From the NCBI GenBank assembly GCA_964016885.1, contig OZ024743.1:271250001-271314000 (forward strand): a stretch of DNA of 64,000 nucleotides, given 5' to 3'. The stretch comes from Eledone cirrhosa (taxonomy: Eukaryota). Positions 38,981-53,378 of the stretch are shown in pieces. Position 1 is the first letter of the stretch, and each line of letters starts with the position of its first letter. The notes below the pieces were generated by a model. It worked only from the letters and a program-made list of their open reading frames with translations. It ran no database searches and was not told the origin of the DNA. The position numbers and the translations under genes were made by a program.

Positions 38981-41900
38981 TATATATACACATACATGTA
39001 TGGTCAATTGACAGAGCCCTTAGTAAGCTGGCTAGAATGCTTCGTGATATTTATTCCAGCTCTCTACATTCTGAGTTCAAATGCCACCAAAGTCAATTTT
39101 GTCTTTTATCTTCTGAGGTTGGTAAATAAAGTACCAGTCGAGAACTGAGGCTGATTCTCCATATCTCTTTCACTTTATTGCTGTTTAGAAGAAATTGTCC
39201 ATCTTCAGACCTGAAGAGAGATGGGCTCCACCAGGTTTAAATGCCCAAGACACACTGTATATTATTATGGTGCCTCAACAACACCCTCAGAAGTTAAGGG
39301 CCCATAGCATATATACATATATATGTGTGTGCAGAGCAAAAATCTTCTTCACTGTGTATACATCCTATTTGTATGTTAACTCATCATCATCATGCTATGT
39401 CCATTGTTCCACACTTGCATTGGCTGGATGGATCCTTCTCAGTACAGCATCTGCAAGCTTCAGAGATCTGAGATCAGCCCTCACCACTTCCATCCACTGG
39501 ATTATTTAGCACTTGTTCACTCTGCAATCATAGCATGCCCATACCAATGCAGTCTCCTCTCCAGCACACTACATTTGATTCCTCTTAAACCCAGTTTCTC
39601 CCATGCTTTGTCCTTCTTGCACATTCATTGATGCATGCTTGCCTCATTTCTCTCCAGCCTTCACAGTAATTTAAGTGTATTTTTTAATTGAGCAGTGATG
39701 TCTTTCATAACTGTCTAAAATTTGCTGTTATCTTGGAGTGTATTGCCTATTTTTTAATGTATTTCTTATCATCCATAACAAGGAACTGATTGCTCTTTTC
39801 AATTCTATAAATTACATTTAATTCATTGTTTTTTAGTCCTTTCAATGCTAGTCCAAGTTTCTTGTCAAGAACTGTGATCATCCCATCTTTTTACAGATCA
39901 TCTCATCTAATGTATATTTCCTTAACCCTTTACATTACTCTATATATACTATTGTATTTTTGCAGTAAAGGCTTTACTCACATAATATTGAATCTATGAG
40001 ATTTTGATATTAATTATTCTGAGAACAATACCTTAACATCACTATGAGTGGTCAGTCATAACCAGTTTGAACAGAAAGGTGAGAGAATACTGGCTGGTTT
40101 AAATAAGTGATTTCGTTGCTATGTCTAGCAGGTTGAGAAACTGCATAGAGGCTCCCTACCTAGATGGTATAGTATAATGATGAAAGGTATTCCAGCTTGA
40201 CTAGGATTACTTTATTTAATGTGTCCTTTATCCTAAACTATACTGACTGTGATTCGGTTACTATTTTTAGCAAGTCAAGCAACCATGTAGAAGCTCCCTT
40301 GTTGGCTTGGGTATTACATTATGGTAGTTTAGAATAGTGGTTCCCAACCTTTTTACTACCAAGGACTGCTTTTTGTAGGAAAATGAATTTTCCAACAAAC
40401 TCCCCATTACAATTACTGCTCACCCAGCTTGTGATACAGTAAGAATCTATATTAAAGCAGTTTATATTTCATATAAATCATTGACCACACAAGAAAGGGA
40501 ATGGTAAGAGTATGTGTAAGAAAGAGCAAGAGAAAGTGTTGTTTATGTGATGAAGTTTAGCAGTTCAATAAATACTAAAAGCATGGGTTGGCTTTAGAAT
40601 ACTGTCTAAAAAATCTTGTTTACCAGCATGGAAGAGTAGTCTATATTTGTGGTCTTACTATGTTATAAAAGAAATTTAGGGTATTGGTCAACCTAACCAA
40701 CTCTACTTTCCTCTGAAATTTGTAGACAATGATATTAAGAAAGACATTAACATTACTTTAACCCTTTTTTGTTACCAAACTACATGTATATATGAGTATA
40801 TATAGTGAGATAATTAAAAGGTTAAAAAATTAAAAGAATTCCAGACAAATCATGTTATATAGGAAATATGAGTTGGAAATGCACCTAATTTTTTTAAATA
40901 TATACATGCAAATTCATAGCAGATAACTAAAGAAATTAGTTCATGTAAAATAAATTATAGTTGTATTTTTTTTTATAAAAAGAGGGGCTTCAGAAGTTAT
41001 CCATAACTGAAACCAGTCAGTATAAAAACAAAATAGACAACCAAGATTCTTTTTGCAAGCTCCTGCTTATGAAAAGAAAACTATAATGAACTAATTTTTT
41101 TTCTGGTTCTAAGACAAAACTGTTTCAAAATATTTATAATTTATCTAAAATTCTTCATAATTTTATGTAAGGACCCTTGTTAAGTTATGTTCCAAACACC
41201 AGTTTAATAAGAAAATCAGACTGTTTCTCATTAGGAATATAGTAACAAAAGGGTTAAAACATGTTTCTTAAATTTCAACATATTCCTATTTCTCACTAAC
41301 ATTATCTAAGGCACTTTAATCTTTATGTATTTAATGGTCTTATTCAAACATTCTTTCTATCAATATTTGCCTACTATATATTTTTTAACTCTTCAAATTC
41401 CTATCAATAATTTAACTTAACTCTACCTCCAAGACTACATACCACATTTTAGTTATAAATATTGTAACATGAGAGTAAAATTCTTTATTAAATTCCAAGT
41501 TTTAAGATGAAAACTTGAGAAACAAAGTAAAGCTATATTGTCCTCCAGCTTTTGGAATCTATTTCATCTTCCCAGTCAATAAATAACTCTTGATGTCTTT
41601 ACAGTATCTTTAGTTCAAAGAAGGATCACAAGAACCCCCCCCCCCCCCCCCCCCCCGCAAAAAAAAAACGATTCTATACAGAATCTTGAGTCAATATACA
41701 GGTATAATCAAAATATCATTCTCTCAACTAACCACTAAAGACATTGGTATCACACATTTTGTTGCTGTTTAATTCTGAATGAGCAGACAATCCAGCCATG
41801 ACTGTCACAGCAATGTTTTGGAGACATTGTCAGTCAATTAATATATAACAGTTATTAGATAGGATGGCAGTGGATTGGACAACATGCTTTGCAATATATA

Positions 41901-42861
41901 GGTACAGCCCTTTACATTCAGCTGAAGTTAGCTTTGTTTTCATACTGATAGGGTCAATAAAATAAAATACAAGTAATGAACTAGAGTTGATTTAAACAAC
42001 TTGCTCTTCCTCCAAAATTTTTGGCCTTGTGCCTAAATCAGAATCCATTATTACAGATGAACGGAGGGCAGTGGATTTCCAATATCGGTAGTGTTGGACA
42101 TCCTTTACATTTTAAGTTGAAATCCGAGGTTTGCTTTGTCTTTTATCCTTACAGGGTCAATAAAATAAAAGTACCAGTAACACACTGGTTGATTAAATCA
42201 ATTTTCCCCCCCTTCAAATTGCTAGCTTTGTGCCAAAAGTAGAAACAATTATTACAGATTGAATATGGTTGAGCAGCCAATAACATGCTAGTGATATTTG
42301 TTATGGCTTGTTACATTCAGAGTTCAACTTTGTTTCATATCCTACCAATGTTGATAAAATATAGTACTGGGGTTGATTTAATCAACTTTGCCCTTCTAAA
42401 TTAGAAATCATTATTACAGATCAAATACATCTATGATCATACAGGTAGCAGCTGAAACCATCTCAAACATATCTGAAAAGGAAAAGTGGTTGTATAATTG
42501 CTTGCTGACAGGTGAAGGTTTTTGCATATGGCCAGGACAGCCATCGCACCACTGTGCACTGCACTAACACAATGTGCCTTTCATAATTTTAGACAGGATT
42601 TTTGTGGTTAGATGTCTTTCCTATTCCCACCAACTTTATAGTATGAACTGGGTGTATTTTGTGTGACCAGCATTAGAGAGATTGTTAGACAAGACTTACA
42701 GGTCCTCTCACTACCCTGTATCAGTTTTTATTGGTCTCCTATGCTACTGCTGACAGAGCCAATGTTTACTGTATAGGAGTATAATTGATTAACTGACCCG
42801 ATAGATAAAAATCCTGGAAGAATTTGAACTAAAGTAGGACAGGCAATTCTAGATGCAATAA

Positions 42862-43036
42862 TTGTTTCTACTTTTGGCACAAGGCCAGTAATTACTCAGT
42901 GCATTACTGGTACTTTATTTTATCGACCCCGTAAGGATGAAAGGCAAAGTTAACCTCGGCGGGATTTGAACTCAGAATGGCAAGGGCCGTAACTATGCGT
43001 CAAAGCATGGCGTCCGACTCTCTACCGATACTGCCA
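42862..43036 (-). mobile_element. SINE family M with target-site duplication ATGCAATAAT
   Basis: Near full-length copy; direct repeat on both sides. Confidence 0.9.
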
Positions 43037-43399
43037 TGCAATAATGCAACTAGTTTTGCATTCTAAAACATTGCTACCCCCATCATCTAGAAAGGGAGTT
43101 TCTGTAACCGGGTAATACATCTTAATGCTGCTACTCTTATTGTTAGCACACTGAAAGGTAAATCTGGAGATCTTAATGAAGGTGAGTAGAGGTGTATTGT
43201 GATCAAGAATTGAGATGGAGGAGAGCCTCAACCACATTTCTCACACGCAAATAGATTTAAGCTCTTCTGGGTAGGAAATGGAGGGGATAAGTGAAGTGGG
43301 CATTTTATTAGCTGAGAAGTAGACATAAGGTAATTAAGGTAGTGCAAACAAGCCTATTTTTATAGGCAATAGAATGACAATGGTTATCTACTGATGTAC

Positions 43400-45420
43400 C
43401 ATAATAAGGACTAAGTACAGAAAAATACTATCTTTATGAAGACTAACAAATGACAGCAACTTCCTTTGTGCAGGTGACTTCAATGGACATAGGCAAAGAA
43501 ATAAAGAAGGGATCAAGGCTCTTAGAATGACCTATTTGCAACACAAACTTCAGGAAACCTGTTGGCACTGGATCACCTAATCAGGTGAATACATGAGCCA
43601 AATTGACTTGCCCGTTATGAGATAGCATTCATAACCATTTGTCTATGTCCTTTACAAGAGAAGAATGCACCCTCACCCAACATAAGTTAGTTATCACTGA
43701 TAACTTAACTAGACAAATCACAAATGCAGAAAAATCTGGTAGAGGGTGTAGTGACCTACATTCCGCGGGCTCATACATTGTGCGTGATTTGGCTCAGCTC
43801 AGCCAATCAGCACCAGGGGAAGAGAATGTATCCCTACGCGTTCTGAGGGAGAAATATAACACTTGCAGCTCGACCACGCTAAGGTAAAACACCATTTGTT
43901 CTTTTGCTCCGTAAGCACAAACAATATGTAACGACACAATTTTACTACGAACCTGGCCAAACGCCTCAGCCAGTCGACCGTATTTTCTCTTGTCATCTTA
44001 ATTGAATTATTTCATTATTCTTGGCATGCCAACTCAATTCACTTAACCTTTATTAATAAATTATGTAAAAACAAGCTAAAGTCGTTGTCGATATTCCTAT
44101 CATATCTTTCTACCAAAGATGGTTCCTCGTGGCTACATTACAACTTCTAAATATAACTCTCCTAAAAAGGGTATGGAAGTTAAAAGACCGTTAAATATAG
44201 GTTAGAGTTGTATATAACAAGTATGAGAGAGAAGAGGGTATAACCATGACAAGGCAATTAAGTTTCTACAGGGCAACCCACTGCAGGTCACCAATTAGAT
44301 ATATGGCTGTAGCAAGGTAGTAGCTAGATAAAAGGCGAGCTGGTATCAGCAGTACAGTAGACAGCCATTAAAGCTAAGAAAAAGGCATAGAAAAGAAAGA
44401 AAAAAAAAAAAAAAAAAAAAGAAGAGGCCAGCAAAGAACAATATTAACTTGCTAAAAGATGATTTACAAAGCATGTAAGTAAGTTGAAAGCAGGAAGTTT
44501 GCTAACCTATTATGTGAGGTGTTCCACAGTGTAGTAGTAGTGTGAACCAAACCAGGATGTTAGTGGGAAAGATATTTGAAACAGCACAGCTGCACTAATG
44601 CTCAGAAATATTATTCTGAAAGGCAGAGGTACTGCCCCCTGTAGATTTATCAGAACGGATGGCTATTGAAGTTGATAGTAACAAGGTCAAAGAAACAATC
44701 AGGAACATGGAAAAGTAACTGGACCATCAGAGATACTTAAAATCTGAAGTAGGAGTCAAGGTAGTATCATGCATTACTTGGACTGTCATAGCAGTAGAAT
44801 CATTGTTACAAGGGGAAAGGTGATGGTGTCATGGCCCTTGGGGAATTTGGTGGTAGGGTTGGGTTAGATGTCTTGATGTCAGTAAATTGAGAGTAGGTAA
44901 TGAGTTTAGTTGTGCAAGGCTGAGTCAGTTCACTTGTTTATTATAATCCCCAGGCAATAACAGTTTATAACAGGTTGTCCATGAGAACTTCTGTATGTTG
45001 ACAACTTGGTTATTGTTGAATCTGTGGAAGAACTTGAGAAAAAATTCCTAAGGAACTATCAAAATAATCTTAGCAAAGATAAAAGTTTTAGTAAGTAGGA
45101 AATGACTTGTCTCAAAAGTGGCTGTACTCAATATGTAGAAATGCTATACATTGTATAGCATAGGTATACAAAAAGGATGCGTCATTGTAGGCAGATTAAA
45201 AGTGGACATTGTATGTGGCAAGTTACTAAGAACTTCCTAATCCTGAGAAAGCTCCATAGTTCACAGCTTACAGATAACCTAATTAGCAGTGGTTGATCTG
45301 AAAGTATAGTAGCTAGAAGAAGAACAGGATGAAAAAGTTCAGAGCTACTGCCTCTTGACAAGATTCCTCTACAAATAATAGGTTGGCTGTATAATGCATG
45401 AATGTGAAATAAATGCAAAG
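43400..45420 (+). mobile_element. Ancient, highly decayed RTE LINE including endonuclease remnants
   Basis: AGDFNGH (about 43470), QHKLV, YKGKGD (about 44810), GCP*ELLYVDNL (about 44975), R(T)G*KKFR..LLPL. Confidence 0.7.
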
Positions 45421-45440
45421 GGGAGATGGAGATATATCTA

Positions 45441-46335
45441 TATATCCTACTGATCTAAGATCAACTCTCACAATTTTAAAGGTAAAATTTTCTTTGGTAA
45501 ATTAAGATAACAGGAGGCACTCAAACAGAGCCTCTCATGTTGCTAAAAAATAAAAACCAAATCTTAAGGGTAAAAAGATAGAATGGTAACGACTCAAATG
45601 CCTTTTACCATGTCTGTATGATTAGAGCTAACGTGAGGCTAAATAGTTTAAGAAGCCATTACATGTTAGTTTTTGGTTCAACATTTTTAGATCCAGTCTT
45701 GCTACTTTTGTCCATGTCTTGTACTGTAGCTTCTTTATGCTGAGAAATTCTGGCACTTCACCCAACAATCAGTGCATTCTTCTCTCGTGCACACATTTGA
45801 TTCCACTTATAATTCAGTTTTTCCCTTTACTCATGCACATTAATATTGCATACCCATTTGATTGTGCTAACTTCATTTTTCATCATATATATATATGATG
45901 AAAAATGAAGTTAGCACAATCAAATGGGTATGCAATATTAATGTGCATGAGTAAAGGGAAAAACTGAATTATAAGTGGAATCAAATGTGTGCACGAGAGA
46001 AGAATGCACTGATTGTTGGGTGAAGTGCCAGAATTTCTCAGCATAAAGAAGCTACAGTACAAGACATGGACAAAAGTAGCAAGACTGGATCTAAAAATGT
46101 TGAACCAAAAACTAACATGTAATGGCTTCTTAAACTATTTAGCCTCACGTTAGCTCTAATCATACAGACATATGGTAAAAGGCATTTGAGTCGTTACCAT
46201 TCTCTTTTTACCCTTAAGATTTGGTTTTTATTTTTTAGCAACATTAGAGGCTCTATGTTTGGTAAATTAAGATAACAGGAGGCACTCAAAGAAAATTTTA
46301 CCTTTAAAATTGTGAGAGTTGATCTTAGATCAGTA

Positions 46336-46342
<7 letters not shown>
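45441..46342. repeat. About 900-bp foldback palindrome (arms about 450 bp) centred on a short TA tract at 45890/45891
   Basis: Arms are reverse complements apart from a few indels/substitutions and a 25-bp micro-inversion. Confidence 0.93.
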
Positions 46343-46380
<38 letters not shown>

Positions 46381-48346
46381 AAAAAAAAAATCCAAGCATA
46401 GCTTTGTGGTTAAAGAGTTTGCAACTAGGTGATTTGAGGTTTGGTACCTTGGACAAGTGTCTATTATCGTTTTAAGTTGACCTATGTTTTAGGAGTGAAA
46501 TTCCATTGACAGAAACTGTAGAAGCCTATCATACACAAGAGTTGTGATAGTTGATCTCAACATTCCTTGTCCGAGATGTTCAATGTGACAAAGCCAAAGT
46601 TGTCTGGGAGAAGACATGCTAGAGAAAAACCACCCAATCTATGCAAGTATGAACCACCAAGTATAAAATAAGTTTCAGTGGCTCGGGCTGCTATTCATGA
46701 GAACAGCTTTGTATCCACAATGCCAACAAAGACAAATAATGTATGGCCAATAATTTACATTCTTAGAAGGAAAAAAAAAAAAAAAAAAAAATTCCGTAAA
46801 AGAAAATCATTTCTCAATACAACACTTCACCATGAAGAACTTGTTTAATCATTAGATTAAATATAATCAACAACATATTGGTATGAAGAACATGACCACA
46901 AGCAGGAAAATGTTTATTTGTTACATGGAAAAACCAAATAGACAAAAACATTAAATTACAAGAATACATATGTGAAAGGGAAGAAAATGTATTGCCATAC
47001 AAGATCCTCACAATTCTATGATAATCAACATTGCCAACCATAAAGATTGGTTTAAAAAAAAAAAAAAATTTGTTTCCTTTATTAAACCAACAGGCTAAGT
47101 TGGGGCTAACGACAACCTACCTATATGGAATGTCCAGAGCGAAATTTTTAAAGTGATTTAACAATTTTCTCTCTTCTCTTCATAATTTCATTCAACAAGT
47201 AAAATGCTTCCATGTAATTTGGAGAACATCCCACAATAGAAGGAAAAAAATATAATCAAAAAACAAACAACACTTCATATGTATATGTCAACATACTTTA
47301 AAAACTATACTGGGACCTGCAAGTGTTACATTATATTCAACATACACGCAGTACCGTTTTCTGGAAATAAGTCTGGTATACATATGGCACTATGTGGGGC
47401 TAAATGATTGTGTCTGCATCTGTATTAAGAGTGAATGAGCAGCAGGAGGAGGACGAGGAGGATATGGGGATGAGGAATGGCACAACAATACTGGTAACAG
47501 CTCTCGCAAGCTATCAGGCAAAGCCTTAAAAGAAAAGAAAAAAAAAAAAGAAAAACTAACAAAAAACTTCATAAAGGAAAAGGAGAAAAGTGATGTTGGT
47601 GGTAGAAATAACAACAACAAGACCACCAAAAGAAAATTATGAATAATTATGGATTAGGTCATCGATGAATGACAACTAGGATTCAAACCTCACCTTCCAT
47701 CCACATCAACCTCCTGCAGCTCAACACAATTACTGAATGCAATACAAGTATTTTGTCCACAACTATTAGACTTGCTACAGCATAATGTCAACCTCTAATA
47801 TTTCAGGAAAAAAAAAAAAAAAAAAAAAAAAAAAAGAAGAGGAAAAAAAAAAGACCAGTAAATTTTTTAAATATACAAGGAGAGACACATACACTCACAC
47901 AAGCATGCACACACACAATCATGTATATGTAAATACACACTTTTTTTTTTTTGCAAACAAGTCACTTTAAAAAATTCCTGATCTATCACATTTGACACAA
48001 TGAGCCTTAAAGATTTGTTTAATGAGTACGGAGGAAGGAGTAGTAAGAGTCTTTACAACAACATTCAAACTGTACACCTGTATTGCCTACACAGCCAGCA
48101 TAACAACTCTTCAAAATAGTTTATTTCTGCCTGCTTCGTCCTCGTTAGCGTTCCACATTCCACTTGGTATTGATACCAAGACAGAAATAATGAAATTAGA
48201 CATTCAATTAGAATTTTTTTTCTTTTTTTTTAAATTGGGATTTTCTATTTCCTTTCCTTCAAATTATTACTGTTTCCACCGTACCTCCTAATTATTTTAA
48301 AATTGTTTTCTTTTTTTGTTTTGTTAACAGCAACCACTAGCAAGCC

Positions 48347-48554
48347 TCATTCACGTGTTGAAAGGATCAAAGCAACAATCAATCCGTAAAGTCCCAATAC
48401 TTCAGCAAAAATGAGGATAAGAATCATTCCAACAAACAATCTTGGTTGTTGAGCTGTTCCTCGTACACCAGCATCTCCAACTATGCCAATAGCAAAGCCA
48501 GCAGCTAATCCACTCAAACCAACACTAAGACCAGCACCTAAATGAACAAAAGCC
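48347..48554 (-). CDS. ATP6V0C: V-type proton ATPase 16 kDa proteolipid subunit c, exon 3 (last coding exon)
   Basis: [68 protein letters not shown], including the catalytic Glu; poly-T+CCAG acceptor; phase matches exon 2. Confidence 0.98.
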
Positions 48555-49676
48555 CTGGAAAAAAAAAAAAAAAAAAAAAAATTCAAGTAAAAATTTAAAC
48601 AAAATTATAGCAACTATTTAAACCTTTCATTGTGTATATATATATATAGGACCCATAAGGCCTAATGGCGTTGCACGAGCACCATCATGACACAGTATAT
48701 CTTGTATTTTAAACCTGGCAGAGCCTATTCCCTCCATGTTTGAACACACCATTCTTTTTTCAGAGAACTGGACTGGTACTTTCATCAACTTCCAAAGGAT
48801 GAAAAGGAAAGTTGCTTTGGGCCAGCTTTGAATTCAGAGTGCCAGAAAGAATTGTGTAAAGCATTTAATTTGACATTTCAAAAACTGTCACTGCGCTACC
48901 TATCCATTTCATTACCATATTTCTTATGGTAAGACATCTATGATTTCAAATTTGCAAAATTGATCATGAATTTGGAAGAATTTAATATGACTAACCTTTT
49001 CATTGATTCTTAACATCCTGTACATATTAAACCACATTAGCAAGACACCACTTATGACTGAATCATATTTCCACAATCTGCCCACTATTTCTTTAGATAT
49101 TTTCTGCTAAATCATTATAATGGTAGGTTTTTAGATAAATGTAAACATTGAAACCAGCAGATTTATATTGTAGAAATACAGTTGGTTTCAAGTGGTTTGA
49201 TATCAAAGGTTCAAGTTACCTAGATAAGTCAAATGCTTTACATTTAAAATAATTTTCACATTAAGATACCACTAATATGAATATTCAAAAGCATGCTCAG
49301 CATTGAAGAAAAAAAAAAAAAAAAAAAAAAAAAAACCAACTTAAGTCTTGGCTTCACAGTAAACCCAATCAAGTCTCCATGAATAAAACTGGCACATTTA
49401 TCACCCAACCTGTTATACTGTTAACTAAATGATGGCCAGGTGTAAAAACTAAAAAATACTATTTTCATTCAATTAGTTTTATAACAATAGTAAGCTGACA
49501 AGATTATATATAGTCCTATATGAGCGCCAGTCACCCGACCAACTTTGCCTCAAGTGGGACAACTCCCGTCTAACCCATGCTAGCGTGGAAGATGGACGTT
49601 AAACGATGATATATATAGTAATAATAAATGTTAAGGGTGAAAGCAGTAATTCTTTGCTTAAACTTTAATATGTTAG

Positions 49677-49718
<42 letters not shown>

Positions 49719-50053
49719 TCCAGTTTCGACTAGTAAGACCATATTCAGCTAAGTAGTCAATACTTATCCACTCACCATTGAAATGATGCGAGCTCAACCA
49801 TTGGGCACTAACTTTTCACTGTGTGCGTGCGTGCGTGAGGGAGAAGGTGCACATCCTAGTGTTGCACTCGCAATCAAGGTTGTGGGTTAGAATCTAGACT
49901 ATGTGGTACATTGTGTTCTTGAGCAAGATTTTTCATTTAACATTGCTTTTCATGATAAGACTGGGGCTACTACTGTGAGAACACTTGAGAAACCCGTGAT
50001 GAAACTTCACGAGGCCAGCTAAACCTTTATAGGTGTGAGTTGTAGAATTAATT

Positions 50054-50438
50054 TGGTGCATGGCTTAGTGGTTAGAGCATTGGGCTTGCAATCGAAAGGA
50101 GGTGAGTTCAATTCTCGGACCAGGTGATGTGGTTTCCTTGAGCAAGACACTTTATTTCACATTGCTCCAGTTTACTCAGCTGTAGAAATGAGATGATAGG
50201 ACTGGGATCCCTATCATTCCACTGCAAAGTAGTCGTGGAGGTGCCACGGAAAAAAAAATCACCCAGCACTCACTGTAAATGAGGTTGGTGTTAGGAAGGG
50301 CATCCAGCTGTAGAAATCAAGCCAGAATCAGTTCCCCTTTATGCAAGACAAGGTCAGCGGACCGGACACTGACCACAACAGGACAACCCGTCTAACCCAT
50401 GCTAGCGTGGAAGAACGGACGTAAAACGGTGATGATTA
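50054..50438 (+). mobile_element. CORE-like tRNA SINE (family C) with RTE-B 3' end, in intron 2
   Basis: A-box TGGCTTAGTGG, B-box GAGTTCAATTC, CTTGAGCAAGACACTT core; tail matches the 16087-16350 reverse complement. Confidence 0.88.
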
Positions 50439-50838
50439 CATACACCATTGAAATGGATTACATGCTAATTTATCTTAGATAAGGAAAACTAATTTGCTTG
50501 CCAAAAATAGAACATTTTTGTATTCATGAGATTTAAAAAATCTTTTTAACAATTGTAAGCTGGCAAAAATATGTAACAGACAATTTACAGAGGTGTCAAT
50601 GTAAAGAGCAATATGTGACAGAACTATAACTAAAATAATGTTGTAAATTTGACATACAATCAGTTAATTCTGCTTATATATAAAGCTCACATCTATAATC
50701 CATTTATCAAGAGTAATAATATACAAGTTATTCTTGTAAATGGTTTTTAAGCTATAGAGTTCTCATTTTTCCTATCATCAGTCCAAAAGGTGCGACGTGA
50801 CCTTTGCATGCTACGCCAAAAAACTAATATATATATAT

Positions 50839-51212
50839 GGAGGCACATGGCTTAGTGGTTAGAGCATTGGCCTTGCAATCGAAAGGTTGTGAGTTCAATC
50901 CTCAGACCGGGTGATGTGTTGTTTCCTTGAGCAAGACACTTTATTTCACATTGCTTCAGTTTACTCAGCTGTAGAAATGAGATGATAGGGACTGGAGTTC
51001 ATATTCCACTGCAAAGTGGTCGTGGAGGTGCCACAGCAAAAAAAAGCACCCACTGTAAATGCCGGTGTTAGGAAGGGCATCCAGCTGTAGAAATGAAGCC
51101 AGAATCAGTTCCCGCCCCACCCTTGCAAGCAGGGAAAAAGCAGACGTACACACACAAGATATATATACATATGCCCTACCCTTGCAAGCAGGGAAAAGCA
51201 GACGTAAAATGA
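50839..51212 (+). mobile_element. CORE-like tRNA SINE (family C) with RTE-C terminus, terminal motif duplicated
   Basis: Same head as 50054; ends in CCCACCCTTGCAAGCAGGGAAAAAGCAGACGTA, present twice. Confidence 0.88.
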
Positions 51213-51550
51213 TATATATCTTTTGTAGATCAGATGTCTGGACTAAGTCCGACGTGTAATTTACACCTATCTGAAGATAAATTATCTAGAGCTTAGTGTG
51301 TCAATTTAGTAGTCAAATGATTGGTGATAGATTACTTGTGTCATGAACCCAAGCTTTCTTGGAGAATAGTTTTTCAAAAATTGATTAGTCAAATGAAGGG
51401 CAATATCCATGACACCTTTCCTGGTAGGATCCCTGTGACTGTTGGAAGTTACCTTCAGACTGGAGTTTCTGGTCAACTTTGCAAAGATTATATTTTCTTG
51501 AATTGCTAAGCTCACCTCAATCAGTAATGTTAATTGTGGTATGGCTAAGA

Positions 51551-51593
<43 letters not shown>

Positions 51594-51771
51594 ACTCAAA
51601 TGTTTTAAAGAAAAAAATTGCCTCTTCCTAAGCAAATATATGAAAACTCAGTGAAAACCATGAGGAATTTAAAAAAAAAAATCTTTCATTTATTTACAAG
51701 AAGCTTAGAAAGAAAGTATATGAAAACTAAGTATTGTGGTTGTGTGTATTTGGACAAAACAGAAAACTTAC

Positions 51772-51955
51772 TTGAACAGCTTATAGCCCTGTTTGATATT
51801 GTTAGCAATAAGGACAGCCACAACCAAACCATAAATGGCAAGGATACCAGCCATGACAACTGGAATGATGGATTTCATAATCAACTCTGGACGCATAACC
51901 GACATGGCTGCAATACCAGTGCCTGACTTGGCTGTGCCATAAGCAGCACCAAGAG
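51772..51955 (-). CDS. ATP6V0C: V-ATPase subunit c, exon 2 (184 bp)
   Basis: (A)[60 protein letters not shown](K); acceptor TTTCTACAG, donor GTAAGT. Confidence 0.97.
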
Positions 51956-53063
51956 CTGTAGAAAGAAAGAAAAAACATTTAAATAAAGGTTATAAAAATA
52001 TTTTCCTGTCAGAATCAGAACAGTAAAAAGTCTGTAAACACAAAGTATGACTTATTAAAAGCCGATATAATTTTAAAATGTTATATTCTTTACCATATTT
52101 CCAATGAAAGACACTGCTTATGATTTTCAAATAATCAAGAATTTGGAGGTATTTAATATAACCAACTCATTAAGGAGTTGGGAATAAAGGTTATTAAAAT
52201 TATGATTGAATACTTAGATATAAACACTTTAAAACAAAATATCTTTGTATCAGAACTAAGAATGGTTTGGTAACAGGTTTAAAAAGGAGATTCTAATTTC
52301 CTTACTCAACAGATTAGATATGAAATAAGATATGGGGCATGCAATATAGTTTTAACACTGCAGTAATTGCAATCTATTGATCGACTGTATTATGGAGAGC
52401 ATTTGTGAATCAATCCAAGAAGTACATTAGCAAGACTTTGGAAAGCAAAAATAGCACTGACTACTTTACATTAAAAATTAAAAGTCTTAACTAATATTAC
52501 AAATTTTCACAATAATCTGTTCAGTAGTAAAGATACTATGTGCATTTAAATTAATCTGTGTTTAGATATTTTTTGCTAAACCATTACAGAATGTTAATGA
52601 TTTTTTTAATAGTATTGGTTAAAAATTTGGGACAACCATATCTTCAATAAAAAATTTGGAGATTTAGTAATATAACTGTAGAATCATGTGTATCTCAGAT
52701 TTTAGAATAGATACTGTATCCCAGAGTTGTAAGGAGTGACTAAAATGGTTAGCATCAAGAAGGGTACCCAACTGCAAAACTGCTTCAAAAACATCCTGTG
52801 ACACCATGGAAAAGTGAACGTAAAAATGATTAGATTTCTAAGCTGGTGTTTTACATAAAATCATGATGGAAGACTTAAAATTCAACTTTATAAGATAGGA
52901 AAATTTCCACATAAGGGAAGCTGTAGACATTGAACCAATACTAGACCGAGTGAGGCACTAGGTTAAAAAAAAAAAAGGACTCCAATAGCAATGTTAGAAA
53001 CACCATTTCAAATGAATAGCTTCAAAAAGGTGAACATTTCAAAACTGAAGACATTAAAATGTC

Positions 53064-53378
53064 AATCATCATCATCATCGTTTTATGTTAGTTCTTCCAT
53101 GCTAGCATGGGTTAGACGGGTTGTCCTGTTGTGGGCAGTGTCTGGTCGGCTGACCATGCCTTGCTCATACAGGAACTGATTTTGGCTCGATTTCTACAGC
53201 TGGATGCCCATCCTAACACCAACCTCATTTGCAGTGAGTGCTGGGTGCTTTTTCCGTGGCGCCTACATGTCCACTTTACAGTGTGGGCTGGGTGCTTTTT
53301 TGCTGTGGCACCTCCATGACCACCTTGCAGTGGGAGGGTGTGGGGGAATATTGTCTATATGCTTCAGCTTGTACCCAA
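53064..53378 (-). mobile_element. 3' UTR fragment of RTE family B, in intron 1
   Basis: Near-identical to 16087-16395. Confidence 0.9.

Noticed and set aside
48555-48586. [12 protein letters not shown]-terminus of the V-ATPase ORF
   Set aside because: This is the intronic polypyrimidine tract; the true exon starts at 48554
49715-49780. Minus-strand GACTA..TAGTC-GAAAC as a hammerhead
   Set aside because: No CTGANGA or TTGANAA core and no UH site in register
50054-50125. tRNA gene
   Set aside because: It has A and B boxes but continues into a SINE core and LINE-derived tail; it is a SINE head
51618-51926. + strand 102-aa ORF
   Set aside because: Antisense to V-ATPase exon 2
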